In this document: positions 38,573-48,642 of the stretch, in pieces | Layout of the letters: every line of letters begins with the position of its first letter | Position numbering within the stretch: the first letter of the stretch is position 1 | Origin: Omnitrophica WOR_2 bacterium GWF2_43_52 | GTDB taxonomy: Bacteria; Omnitrophota; Gorgyraeia; Gygaellales; UBA12090 | Assembly: GCA_001805445.1 (NCBI GenBank) | Contig: MHGF01000025.1 | Location: 338-64,337 of the forward strand | DNA: 64,000 nucleotides | Reading direction: 5' to 3' | Made by a program: the position numbers and the translations under genes | Notes under the pieces: model-generated | What the model was told of the DNA's origin: nothing | Seen by the model: only the letters and a program-made list of their open reading frames with translations | The model's database searches: none

Positions 38573-39772
38573 CTATCCGCAGATACAATTTTTTCCTTGG
38601 TTTTTTGCTTCATAGAGTGCTTTATCAGCATGCCCTAAGAGCGCGTCCTTGGTTTGGGCGTCTTCAGAGAAGGCGGCAAGGCCGATGCTGATGGTGAGTT
38701 TCTTCGCGGAATGGTTTTGAGGCTGCTGGAAATCGTATTGTTCTATGGCCGCGCGTATTCTTTCCGCGATAAAACGCGCTTCCTGTTTGTTGGTGTGTTG
38801 TAACAGTATGGCGAATTCCTCGCCGCCATATCGGTAAATTGAATCTTGTTTTCTGGCGGAAAGAATAAGCAGGCGGGCGATCTGTTTTAGTATCTGATCC
38901 CCTTTTTGATGGCCGAAGGTATCGTTGTAGCTTTTGAAATTATCCAAATCCGCCATAATAATGCTTAAGGGCTGTTTATTCTTCTGTGCCGCGGTAATTT
39001 CTTCCTGAAGGCAATATTGAAAGTATCCGTGATTCCAAAGCCCTGTGAGGCTGTCGGTATGGGTTTTAATGAGAGTTTGTTCGTAGAGCTGGGAGTTTTC
39101 TATCGCTAACCCCGCTTGGTTAGCAAACATGGTAAGGATGCGAATACCGTCATTGGTGATCGGTTTATGGGTATACGGGTTATCGGCAAAGAGGACTCCG
39201 ATGATTTTGTTCTTTGCCTTAAGAGGGACGGTGATGAATTCTTCCGGTTTTAAAATATTAAGCAACGTGTCATCTTTATTCGGGAAAGTGCTCTCCCTGT
39301 TAAAATGAAGAGGCATGCCGTCAAGGAGGGTCATCGCTAAGACGCCGCCTTCTTCTTCTTTTAAAGGCAGGCGCAGGCTTTTGACTATGCGGTTAAGCTG
39401 GCTGTTGGCAAGCTGCCCGGAGACCTGGTAGTTGTTTATAAGGTCTTGAAGGTCAATAGATTCTTTTTCCATGCAGGTCCAGATTTGGTTTGCTTCTTCA
39501 CCGCTATCCGGGCCAATCCCCATTTTTCCCTCCAGAACCCCCTCTTTTTCATTGACGAGAAAAAGCATGGCTCGGTTGAAGCCCAATCCGACATGCGCGG
39601 TTACCGCGGTAAGGATGATGTAGAGAATCTCATCAAGTTTAAGCGTGGTATGCATGGCATTGGAAATCTCATAGAGGAGGGCGAGCTCTATACGTGTCTT
39701 TTGCAGCTCATTGGGGGTATTTTCAGGTTCACTCATAAGATAAAATGTAACATACGGCGCAAGAAAAGTCAA
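38573..39772 (-). CDS. GAF-domain diguanylate cyclase (GGDEF)
   Basis: 'RYGGEEF' motif and an N-terminal GAF domain. Confidence 0.8.
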   Translation of the reverse strand: MTFLAPYVTFYLMSEPENTPNELQKTRIELALLYEISNAMHTTLKLDEILYIILTAVTAHVGLGFNRAMLFLVNEKEGVLEGKMGIGPDSGEEANQIWTCMEKESIDLQDLINNYQVSGQLANSQLNRIVKSLRLPLKEEEGGVLAMTLLDGMPLHFNRESTFPNKDDTLLNILKPEEFITVPLKAKNKIIGVLFADNPYTHKPITNDGIRILTMFANQAGLAIENSQLYEQTLIKTHTDSLTGLWNHGYFQYCLQEEITAAQKNKQPLSIIMADLDNFKSYNDTFGHQKGDQILKQIARLLILSARKQDSIYRYGGEEFAILLQHTNKQEARFIAERIRAAIEQYDFQQPQNHSAKKLTISIGLAAFSEDAQTKDALLGHADKALYEAKNQGKNCICG

Positions 39773-39849
39773 GCTTGACTTAGAAGAGGCGATACGCTAT
39801 AATTATTTTCCGGTAAAAACTACAAAAAGCTCAAATTGAGGGGGTTACC

Positions 39850-40899
39850 ATGACACAGGAAAAGAAACTACAGGCAGATCCAAAGCAGGACGTAAACGCT
39901 AATCGTCAGAAGGCATTAGAGTTGGCATTGGCCCAGATAGAAAAACAGTTTGGTAAGGGGGCTATTATGAAGCTTTCAAGCGATATAAAGCTTGATGTGC
40001 CGGCAATATCAACGGGCGCGTTATCGTTAGATTTGGCATTGGGCATAGGAGGCTTACCTCGGGGGAGGGTTGTCGAAATTTTCGGCCCTGAATCTTCGGG
40101 TAAGACCACCCTTACCTTAAGCGTGATTGCCCAGGCGCAGAAAACAGGCGGGGTTGCCGCGTTTATTGACGCTGAGCATGCCTTTGATTCCATTTACGCG
40201 AAAAAAGTCGGCGTTAATCTTGACGAATTGCTCATTTCTCAGCCGGATACCGGAGAGCAGGCATTGGAGATCGCGGAAACCTTGGTGCGCTCAAATGCCG
40301 TTGATGTGATCGTGATTGATTCGGTAGCGGCATTGACACCACGGGCAGAAATTGAGGGTGAAATGGGAGATAGCCATATGGGCCTGCAGGCACGGCTTAT
40401 GTCCCAGGCATTAAGAAAACTTACCGCGGCGATAAGTAAATCGAAAACGTGCATGGTTTTTATTAATCAGATACGTGAAAAAATCGGGGTGATGTTCGGA
40501 AATCCCGAGACGACTCCGGGAGGAAGGGCCTTAAAGTTTTATTCTTCAGTGCGCATCGATTTGCGAAGGCTAAGCCAGATTAAAAGCGGGGAAGAGATTG
40601 TTGGTAACCTGGTGAGAGCTCGGGTAGTAAAGAATAAGGTCGCGGCACCTTTCCGTGAAGCAGAGTTTGAGATCTATTATAGTGAAGGCATTTCCAGAGT
40701 TGCCAATATCCTTGAGTTGGCCTCAGAGTTTGGAATTGTGCAGAAGTCCGGAAGCTGGTTTGCTTATAACAGCGAGAAACTCGGCCAGGGAAAAGAGCAG
40801 GCTGTACAGTTTCTGAAAGCACAGGCAAAATTGATTAAAGAATTAGAAGAGAAAGTCCGAGCCTATGCTTTAGCCAAGGTAAAAGAACAGGCTAAATAG
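39850..40899 (+). CDS. recA: Recombinase RecA
   Basis: 'GPESSGKTT' motif and RecA conservation throughout. Confidence 0.95.
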   Translation: MTQEKKLQADPKQDVNANRQKALELALAQIEKQFGKGAIMKLSSDIKLDVPAISTGALSLDLALGIGGLPRGRVVEIFGPESSGKTTLTLSVIAQAQKTGGVAAFIDAEHAFDSIYAKKVGVNLDELLISQPDTGEQALEIAETLVRSNAVDVIVIDSVAALTPRAEIEGEMGDSHMGLQARLMSQALRKLTAAISKSKTCMVFINQIREKIGVMFGNPETTPGGRALKFYSSVRIDLRRLSQIKSGEEIVGNLVRARVVKNKVAAPFREAEFEIYYSEGISRVANILELASEFGIVQKSGSWFAYNSEKLGQGKEQAVQFLKAQAKLIKELEEKVRAYALAKVKEQAK

Positions 40900-41069
40900 G
40901 TATTGTTAAAAAACCTTATTTTACACGAATTACCGCGAATTTTTAGCGAATTAACACGAATAAATTTGTGGAAATTAGTGTTTAAAATGGACTTTTTCAG
41001 TGTAAACTGAATAGGTGCTCTGGAAAAACAGGAGTTTTCTATCAGCAACCATTTAGGGAGGATAGCGGT

Positions 41070-42566
41070 ATGGGAAGTAAAACTAAATGGCTTTTCTTAG
41101 GGTCGGGTTTGGCTGTGGGAATTATTCTGGGGTTAGGGTTTGCGGGTAAGCCGGCAATTGTTTCTCCTGTCCATGCGGCACATCCGGTATCAGCGGAACC
41201 TTTTACGGCAAGCTTTGAGAGCGCGGTTGAGCTTGTCGCGAGCAGGGTTGGGAAAACGGTAGTTTCTATTAGTACCGTGCGTACCCAGCGGCTTCCCGGA
41301 ATGAGCAGGTATTATTTCGGAACCCCTTCTGAAGATGATATCTTCCGCAGATTTTTTGAGGATTTCTTTGGGGAAATGCCGGAAAGAGAATTTAAACAGC
41401 AAGGCCTAGGTTCAGGGGTAATTATTGATAAACAGGGTTATATTTTGACCAATGAGCATGTGGTCGCCGACGCGGATAAAATTACCGTTACCTTATCTGA
41501 CGGCAAGGAGTATAAAGCCGAGGTCAAAGGTACCGACAAGCGCTCAGATTTGGCAGTGATTAAGATTACCGGCGATAATTTTCCCGCTGCTTCGTTAGGG
41601 GATTCAGATACGCTAAGGATAGGCCAGTGGGTGATAGCCATAGGTAATCCCTTTGGTTATGCCCTGCATAACCCGGAGCCAACGGTAACGGTAGGCGTGG
41701 TGAGCGCGTTACACCGCTCTTTAGGCCGTAGTAGCGTGGATAGAGATTACGGCGACCTCATTCAGACTGACGCGGCGATTAACCCGGGTAATTCCGGCGG
41801 CCCTTTGGTGAATTTAAAGGGAGAGGTTGTCGGCATTAATGTAGCGATATTCTCTACTACCGGAGGATACCAGGGTATTGGCTTTGCCGTTCCGATTAGC
41901 TCGGCACAGAAGATAGTGGCAAAACTTATTGAAGGCAAGACAATCTCCTATGGCTGGCTTGGAGTCAGTGTTCAGAATCTTGATGATACCCTGGCGCAGT
42001 ATTTCGGGCTTAAAGAAAAAAGAGGTGTTTTAGTCTCACAGGTAATGGATAAGAGCCCCGCGCAAAAAGCCGGGATTAAAGAAGGAGATGTAATTTTAAA
42101 ATTTAATGGTGTTGATACCAATACGGTGAACTCACTTCTGAAGTCGGTAGGCACTACAGAAGCGGGTAAGAAAGTAAGGGTAGCCTTCATAAGGGACAAA
42201 ATCCCTTTTACCGTGGATGTTGAAGTTGGTTTACGGCCAGAGACAAGTGAGGAACAGCTCCTGCCTTCAGAGAAAGATAAGGATGTATCCGCGTATTGGC
42301 GCGGGATCAGGGTAATGGAGATTACCGCGGAAGTGGCGCGTCAATACCGTTTAAAGGCCGCCAAGGGTGTGGTGGTGGTTGATATTAAACCAGATAGTGA
42401 AGCTGATGCAGCAGGGATGGTGGCAGGGGACATTATTGAAGAAATCAATAAAACGGTTATTGATACCATCGCAACCTATGCGAGAGTGACTCAATCAATC
42501 GGCGCGGGGGATTGCCTTATTCGCAGCTTGCGGGGCTTCTTCGTTCTAAAAGGTGGCAAAAAGTAA
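41070..42566 (+). CDS. htrA: Periplasmic serine endoprotease HtrA/DegP (trypsin domain plus two PDZ domains)
   Basis: 'GNSGGPL' catalytic serine motif and two PDZ domains. Confidence 0.9.
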   Translation: MGSKTKWLFLGSGLAVGIILGLGFAGKPAIVSPVHAAHPVSAEPFTASFESAVELVASRVGKTVVSISTVRTQRLPGMSRYYFGTPSEDDIFRRFFEDFFGEMPEREFKQQGLGSGVIIDKQGYILTNEHVVADADKITVTLSDGKEYKAEVKGTDKRSDLAVIKITGDNFPAASLGDSDTLRIGQWVIAIGNPFGYALHNPEPTVTVGVVSALHRSLGRSSVDRDYGDLIQTDAAINPGNSGGPLVNLKGEVVGINVAIFSTTGGYQGIGFAVPISSAQKIVAKLIEGKTISYGWLGVSVQNLDDTLAQYFGLKEKRGVLVSQVMDKSPAQKAGIKEGDVILKFNGVDTNTVNSLLKSVGTTEAGKKVRVAFIRDKIPFTVDVEVGLRPETSEEQLLPSEKDKDVSAYWRGIRVMEITAEVARQYRLKAAKGVVVVDIKPDSEADAAGMVAGDIIEEINKTVIDTIATYARVTQSIGAGDCLIRSLRGFFVLKGGKK

Positions 42567-43029
42567 AGACGCCGCTGGCGCGCGCCAGTGTATCTGGCGC
42601 CTTCTGAAATTCCGTCAACGCAGTGAGCATGAGATTCGTCAAAGGCTTGCGTTACATGCATACGAGCCATCGATAAGCGAAGAAGCCATTACGTATTTTA
42701 AGGATATAGGTTATCTTGATGACAGGGTCTTCGCGAAGCAGTGGATTGAGGCCAGGCTCGATAAGCCTTTGGGTTTACGGGCGATCAAGGTAGAGTTGCA
42801 AAGAAAAGGTATTAGCGCGGAAATTATAGATGAGCTCTTAACGCAAAAAAAGCAAACCCTCGATGAACATGCGATTGTAGAGAAAGTAGCGGAAAAATAT
42901 CTCGCCGCGGTAAAAGAAAAGAAGGAGCCTTCACTAAGGCTCAAAGCAAGGTTTTATGCCTATCTCTTCCGCCGCGGATTCTCTCCCGAGGTAATCAGCG
43001 AGGTAGTACAACAATTTTTTAAAGAATAA
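42553..43029 (+). CDS. recX: RecA regulator RecX
   Basis: RecX-family helical repeats, with the typical position after recA (here with htrA in between). Confidence 0.65.
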   Translation: MAKSKDAAGARQCIWRLLKFRQRSEHEIRQRLALHAYEPSISEEAITYFKDIGYLDDRVFAKQWIEARLDKPLGLRAIKVELQRKGISAEIIDELLTQKKQTLDEHAIVEKVAEKYLAAVKEKKEPSLRLKARFYAYLFRRGFSPEVISEVVQQFFKE

Positions 43030-43032
43030 GCC

Positions 43033-45696
43033 ATGAACACAGACCTTATCCGTCAGAAATACCTTAATTTCTTTGCCAAGAAAGGCCACAAAGTCATTGC
43101 TTCATGTTCACTTGTCCCCCAGGATGATCCTACGCTTCTTTTTACGACCGCGGGCATGAATCAATTTAAAAAGGAATTCCTGGGACAGGTGACGGCCTAT
43201 CGGCGAGCAACTACCTGCCAGCGTTGTTTGAGGACCGACGACTTGGATAAGGTAGGCCATACCGCCTATCACCATACCTTATTCGAAATGCTGGGAAACT
43301 TTTCCTTTGGCGATTATTTCAAGGAAGAAGCGATTGTCTGGGCGTGGGAATTCCTAACGAGCGAGTTAAAGCTTAATCCTGAGGTGCTTTGGGTATCGGT
43401 ATACCAGGAAGATAAGGAAGCATTCACGCTCTGGAAGCATAAGGTTGGTTTTCCTGAGGAAAGGATTGTGAAATTAGGGGCAAAGGATAATTTTTGGCCT
43501 TCCAATGCCATAGAAGACGGCCCTAACGGGCCGTGCGGGCCATGTTCAGAAATATTTTTTGATTATGGCAAAGATACCGGCTGTAAAAAATCTGATTGTA
43601 AACCCGGATGTGATTGCGGAAGGTTCGTTGAAATATGGAATTTAGTTTTTACCCAGTTTAACCGTAAAGATAAAGGAATCGTGGAACCTTTGCCAAGCAA
43701 AAATATAGATACTGGGATGGGCTTAGAGCGCATGGCTTCGGTTATGCAGGGAGTAAAGAGTAATTTTGATATCGATATCTTTAAGCCGATTATTAAGGCA
43801 ATTCTAGGTTATCTGCCATTTCCGCCGCAGGCGGATCAGCCTACGGCTGAGCCCATAGACTATCGGCTGATACATGCAATCGCCGACCATATTCGCGCCA
43901 TAACTTTTGCCATGTATGACGCGGTTATGCCTTCAAATGAACAAAGAGGCTATGTGGTGCGAAAGCTTATCCGTAAGGCCGAGTTTCACGGCTATACCCT
44001 GGGGATACGGGAGCCATTTTTATACCGGCTAAGCCCAGTTGTCGGGCAAACGTTTAAAACCACCTATCCCGAGCTTCCCCAACACTTGGAGAAAATCAAC
44101 GAGATCCTGGAGAGGGAAGAGAAGAATTTTATAACAACCTTACAAGAAGCTCCTCAGATTCTAAAGCGTGAATTTAAAGAGACACAAAAAAAAGGCAGCG
44201 GCCATAGCGCCTTTAAGCTCCATGATACCTACGGTATTCCCTTGGAAATTACTAAGAGCTGGGCTAAAGAGCGCGGTTTTGATATAGATGAAGACGAGTT
44301 TCAGTATGACTTAAAGCAGCAACAAGAGCGTTCAAAAAAATTCAGTAAGCTCAGTGACGGCGTATTTGTGGGAGAGGCACTGAAACTAGAGCTTAAGCCA
44401 AGCAGGTTTTTAGGCTACCAGAAGCGCCTGGTGAAAGACGCGAAAATCTTAAAAATCATTAAGGACGCTCACGTGGTAAAATCAGCGCGGGCACCCGATA
44501 CCTGCCAGCTTATTCTTGATAAAACGCCTTTTTACGCGGAATCCGGAGGACAGATTGGCGATAGAGGAGTAATAACCAAAGGAAAAAATGTTTTTACAGT
44601 GTCTGACGTGCAAAAGCACGGGGCATTATTTCTGCACCGCGGTACGTTAGAAAGCGGTAAGCTCAAAGTCAATGACAGGGTTTCCCTGGAGGTCGACAGC
44701 GCGTTTCGCCAGGCAGTCAGCCGCGCGCATACCGCGACCCATCTTTTGCAGGCCGCGTTGCGAGAGGTCCTGGGCAGCCACAGTAAGCAGGCAGGCTCCT
44801 TAGTTGAAGCTGATCGCCTGCGCTTTGACTTTATCCATTTTGAAAAAATATCGCCCAATGACGTAAAGAAGATCGAAGCTCTTGTAGAAAAGAATATTCT
44901 CTTAAGCCACGAGGTTACCGTAAAACAAACAACATTAGCCAACGCGAAAAAAGATAAGGCGATTGCCTTATTTGAAGATAAATACGAAGAGAACGTGCGT
45001 ATGGTTAGTGTCGGCACGTATTCAAAAGAGCTTTGCGGGGGAACACACCTGGAGAGTTCATCACAGGTAGGTTTATTCAAAATCACCGCGGAAAGTTCTA
45101 TAGCCAAAGGGATCCGCAGGATTGAAGCCTTAACCGGAGAGCTTGCCTGGGATAATCTTCGGCAGGCAAGCGAGCAGGTGGCAAGAATTTCCGAGGTATT
45201 CAAGATTAGCGATGATAAAATAATTCCTTTTATTGAGGAGAAACTTACTGCGCTTGCGCGCCTGGAAAAGGAATCTGCCTGGCTGCGCCTTGAAATGCAT
45301 AAGCGTGACACCAATAATCTCATCCAGGATGCCGAGGATATTAATGGAATGAAGCTCCTTTGTCAAAAGTATCAGGATGTGGATATCGGGTTGTTACGTC
45401 AGATAATGGATGTGCTCAAATCAAAAGTAGCTTCATATGCCTTTTGCCTGGGGGCCGCGGAGAGCCTCAAGGCAACGCTTATCATTGGACTCTCAGATGA
45501 TGCCGTCAGAAAGGGGCTTGATGCTTCGCGGATTATTAAGGACGTCGCGTCTTTTATTAACGGCAGCGGAGGAGGCCGGCCAACTATGGCGCAGGCCGGA
45601 GGAAGCAACCCTCAAGGCCTGGATAAGGTCATGGAAAGATTTAAGGAGATCGTCAGGAATACGGATAAGATCGTACGGCCTGGCGCGGGCCTATAA
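43033..45696 (+). CDS. alaS: Alanine--tRNA ligase
   Basis: Class II core, editing domain ('HTATHLL') and a C-terminal DHHA1 domain. Confidence 0.95.
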   Translation: MNTDLIRQKYLNFFAKKGHKVIASCSLVPQDDPTLLFTTAGMNQFKKEFLGQVTAYRRATTCQRCLRTDDLDKVGHTAYHHTLFEMLGNFSFGDYFKEEAIVWAWEFLTSELKLNPEVLWVSVYQEDKEAFTLWKHKVGFPEERIVKLGAKDNFWPSNAIEDGPNGPCGPCSEIFFDYGKDTGCKKSDCKPGCDCGRFVEIWNLVFTQFNRKDKGIVEPLPSKNIDTGMGLERMASVMQGVKSNFDIDIFKPIIKAILGYLPFPPQADQPTAEPIDYRLIHAIADHIRAITFAMYDAVMPSNEQRGYVVRKLIRKAEFHGYTLGIREPFLYRLSPVVGQTFKTTYPELPQHLEKINEILEREEKNFITTLQEAPQILKREFKETQKKGSGHSAFKLHDTYGIPLEITKSWAKERGFDIDEDEFQYDLKQQQERSKKFSKLSDGVFVGEALKLELKPSRFLGYQKRLVKDAKILKIIKDAHVVKSARAPDTCQLILDKTPFYAESGGQIGDRGVITKGKNVFTVSDVQKHGALFLHRGTLESGKLKVNDRVSLEVDSAFRQAVSRAHTATHLLQAALREVLGSHSKQAGSLVEADRLRFDFIHFEKISPNDVKKIEALVEKNILLSHEVTVKQTTLANAKKDKAIALFEDKYEENVRMVSVGTYSKELCGGTHLESSSQVGLFKITAESSIAKGIRRIEALTGELAWDNLRQASEQVARISEVFKISDDKIIPFIEEKLTALARLEKESAWLRLEMHKRDTNNLIQDAEDINGMKLLCQKYQDVDIGLLRQIMDVLKSKVASYAFCLGAAESLKATLIIGLSDDAVRKGLDASRIIKDVASFINGSGGGRPTMAQAGGSNPQGLDKVMERFKEIVRNTDKIVRPGAGL

Positions 45697-45734
45697 TAGG
45701 AAAACAACTTTTCATGCGATGGTACGGATACTGA

Positions 45735-46985
45735 ATGCTTCCACCATGGCTAGACAAGCTTATGAAAATCATCAAATACGGTTCTAAGGAATTAACAAAA
45801 ATCTATGCGCGGTCGCTTTGCCGTAAACCAAAGGTTATCGCGAAAGTCGCTAAGATTATCGAAGATGTGCGTATTGCTGGCGATGACGCCTTAGTGCGCT
45901 ATACCAAAAAATTTGATAACGTAAAACTCCTACCTAAGCAGATAAGAGTTACCCAGGCAGAGATTAGCGGCGCGTATCAAAATATCAGCCCTGACTTTAT
46001 CTCAAGCCTAAAGGTCATCATCGAGAATGTCACTAAATTCTACAAAAGACAACTTAAAAAGCCCTGGAAGCTTAAGGCTGATGATGGAGTAATTCTTGGC
46101 GAGCAGTTTACCCCGCTTGATTCTGTCGGTGTTTATATCCCCGCGGGCCAGGCGCCGCTTGTTTCCACGGTTTATATGACAGTGCTTCCGGTAAAGATTG
46201 CCGGAGTAAAAAGGACCGTCCTGGTCAGCCCGCCGGATAAAACAGGGAACATCAATCCCCATATTTTGGTGGTGGCCGACCTTCTTAAGGTTGATGAAAT
46301 ATATAAGCTTGGCGGCGCGCAGGCAATAGCGGCATTAGCGCTCGGCACTAAAATACTTGAGCCGGTGAACAAAATCGTCGGCCCTGGGAATGTCTATGTT
46401 ACCGAGGCAAAACGCCAAGTCTACGGGTATGTTGATATTGATATGCTCGCCGGGCCTACAGAACTGGTTATCATTGCCAATCGCCACAGCCCCGCGTCCT
46501 TCTTAAAGGCTGACCTCTTAGCGCAGGGAGAGCACAGGGGCGGGCTTGCTATTTTGATTACCACCTCAAAGGCGCAGGCCAGGCACTTTAAGCACGAACT
46601 GGATAAGACTCGCGGCTATACGGTCTTGGTAAAAAATCTTAACGAGGCTATTGAAGTGGCCAATAAAATCGCCCCGGAGCATTTGGAGATACTCATTAAG
46701 AATCCTTCTAAGATCCTGAAAAAAATAAGGAACGCGGGGGCGATATTCTTAGGCCCCTACAGCCCTACCGCGGTAGGCGATTACGTAGCCGGGCCAAGCC
46801 ATGTTTTACCAACCAGCGGCACAGCCAAGTTTTTCTCCGGTTTATCCCTGCAGGACTTTATTAAATCCAACCATATCATAAGCTATTCTAAAAAAGCTTT
46901 AGAGAAGGTGCGAGGGCCGCTAGAAAAAATTGCCGAGATCGAGGGGTTATCGAGGCATTTGGAATCGGTAAGGGCGCGTTTTTAA
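45735..46985 (+). CDS. hisD: Histidinol dehydrogenase
   Basis: HisD conservation. The true start may be the internal M at about 45765. Confidence 0.85.
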   Translation: MLPPWLDKLMKIIKYGSKELTKIYARSLCRKPKVIAKVAKIIEDVRIAGDDALVRYTKKFDNVKLLPKQIRVTQAEISGAYQNISPDFISSLKVIIENVTKFYKRQLKKPWKLKADDGVILGEQFTPLDSVGVYIPAGQAPLVSTVYMTVLPVKIAGVKRTVLVSPPDKTGNINPHILVVADLLKVDEIYKLGGAQAIAALALGTKILEPVNKIVGPGNVYVTEAKRQVYGYVDIDMLAGPTELVIIANRHSPASFLKADLLAQGEHRGGLAILITTSKAQARHFKHELDKTRGYTVLVKNLNEAIEVANKIAPEHLEILIKNPSKILKKIRNAGAIFLGPYSPTAVGDYVAGPSHVLPTSGTAKFFSGLSLQDFIKSNHIISYSKKALEKVRGPLEKIAEIEGLSRHLESVRARF

Positions 46986-47037
46986 AAACGCAGATCATCG
47001 CGGATTAGAATAACGCGGATTACACGGATAAGGCAAA

Positions 47038-47637
47038 ATGAGAAAACAAAGAAAAGCAAAAGTTGAGAGAAGAACAACAGAAACCACTATTGGCCTCGCG
47101 ATTAACTTAGATGGCAGGGGGAAATCGAAAATTAAAACGCCGATAGGTTTTTTGAGCCATATGCTTACCCTTTTTGCTAGACACGGATTATTTGACCTTG
47201 AGCTAAAGGCTACTGGGGATACAGAGGTGGATCTTCATCATACGAATGAAGATATTGGGATATGCCTAGGCCAGGCGCTCCAAAAGGCGCTCAAGGATAA
47301 GGCAGGTATCAGAAGGTTTGGTTTTGCCTCGGTGCCTATGGATGAGGCGCTTGTAGAACTAAGCCTGGATATCAGCGGAAGGCCTTATTTAGCGTTTATC
47401 GTTAACCGTTTACCGTTTACCGCTACTGGGAAAGAATACAGTATGAATTATTTAAAGCAGTTCCTGCAGGCACTGGTGAATACCTCGGGGATAACCATGC
47501 ATGTGGAAATCCTCTATGGGGAAGATTTGCATCACTGTATTGAAGCGGTGTTTAAGGCTTTAGGAAGAGCTTTACGGGAGGCGGTAAGTATCGATAGCCG
47601 TATTCAAGGAATTTTATCTACAAAAGGAAGATTGTAG
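47038..47637 (+). CDS. hisB: Imidazoleglycerol-phosphate dehydratase
   Basis: IGPD motifs ('HHTNED'). Confidence 0.85.
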   Translation: MRKQRKAKVERRTTETTIGLAINLDGRGKSKIKTPIGFLSHMLTLFARHGLFDLELKATGDTEVDLHHTNEDIGICLGQALQKALKDKAGIRRFGFASVPMDEALVELSLDISGRPYLAFIVNRLPFTATGKEYSMNYLKQFLQALVNTSGITMHVEILYGEDLHHCIEAVFKALGRALREAVSIDSRIQGILSTKGRL

Positions 47638-47659
47638 TGCGCTGTGAACTTAATTATTG

Positions 47660-47815
47660 CAAAATAACCAAACACCAATTTCCAATAACCAAATAATAAC
47701 CAATGTGCCAATGACCAAACTATTTGTTTATTGGGTATTGTCACGCAAAGCTGGTTTCTTGTCTCTATGAGATAATGGGCAGGTGAGTTTATTTGGTTAT
47801 TGGTGATTTATGCTC
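47660..47815. repeat. MITE-like long imperfect hairpin repeat (copy 1 of the 'AACCAAACACCAATTTCCAATAACCAAA' family)
   Basis: A 35-bp block nearly identical to 52822-52860. The arms CCAATAACCAAATAA and TTATTTGGTTATTGG pair. Confidence 0.6.
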
Positions 47816-47885
47816 AATAATTTTTTCGCAGCAGTAAAATTGTTTGGCATGTCCTCTGCTTGTTGTGTAATAGGGTATTGTTATT

Positions 47886-48560
47886 ATGATTTCAGTTATC
47901 GACTATGGTATGGGAAATTTGCGCAGTGTGGCAAAGGCGTTAGAAGCCGCGGGTGCGGGGGATGTTTTGGTGACTTCAGATATCAAGACAATTGACAAAG
48001 CAGATAAGATCGTCCTCCCCGGTGTTGGCGCGATGCAGGATGCCATGAAAGAGCTTAAGCGGTTGGATTTAATAAAGGTGATTAAAGAAAGTATTCTGAA
48101 AAAACCGTTTCTAGGTATTTGCCTCGGGCTGCAGTTACTTTTTACCGAAAGTGAAGAGGGGCACAAGACGCGAGGGTTGGGGGTATTTAAAGGAAAGGTT
48201 AAACGCTTTAGTTCTGACATGAAAGCCCCGCATATGGGGTGGAATCAAATTGTACGAAGGACGAAGGACGTCCCTTCGACTTGGTTCGACTACGCTCACC
48301 ACAAGTCGCTCAGGGCAGGGGGACGAGAGACGAAAAAAAACATAAATCTGTTAAAAAATATCCCTGATGCTGCGTATTTTTATTTCTGTCATTCATACTA
48401 TGTTGTTCCGGATGATAAAGGCCTGATTGCGACAACTACCGAGTATGGCATTGACTTTGTATCTTCAATTTGTAAGGGTAATCTTTTTGCCTGTCAGTTT
48501 CATCCTGAGAAAAGCCAAAGTGTGGGTTTAAAGCTTTTAGAAAATTTTGTAAGGCTATAG
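47886..48560 (+). CDS. hisH: Imidazole glycerol phosphate synthase glutaminase subunit
   Basis: 'VLPGVGA' and a catalytic Cys 'GICLGLQ'. It contains an in-frame insert of about 30 aa. Confidence 0.85.
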   Translation: MISVIDYGMGNLRSVAKALEAAGAGDVLVTSDIKTIDKADKIVLPGVGAMQDAMKELKRLDLIKVIKESILKKPFLGICLGLQLLFTESEEGHKTRGLGVFKGKVKRFSSDMKAPHMGWNQIVRRTKDVPSTWFDYAHHKSLRAGGRETKKNINLLKNIPDAAYFYFCHSYYVVPDDKGLIATTTEYGIDFVSSICKGNLFACQFHPEKSQSVGLKLLENFVRL

Positions 48561-48642
48561 CTAATACAAAGCGGCCAACGGTAAACGGTTCACGCCTACC
48601 TGCCGGCAGGGTAAACGTAACTTTATTTGAGAGAGCAGTGAA

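Noticed and set aside
39446-39778. 110-aa plus-strand ORF
   Set aside because: It is antisense to the minus-strand GAF-GGDEF gene.
44532-45323. 263-aa minus-strand ORF
   Set aside because: It is antisense to alaS and has no recognisable motif. It is a shadow ORF.
47810-47995. 61-aa ORF 'MLNNFFAAVKLFG...'
   Set aside because: It lies within the MITE-like repeat and overlaps the true hisH start. It is an artefact of the repeat.
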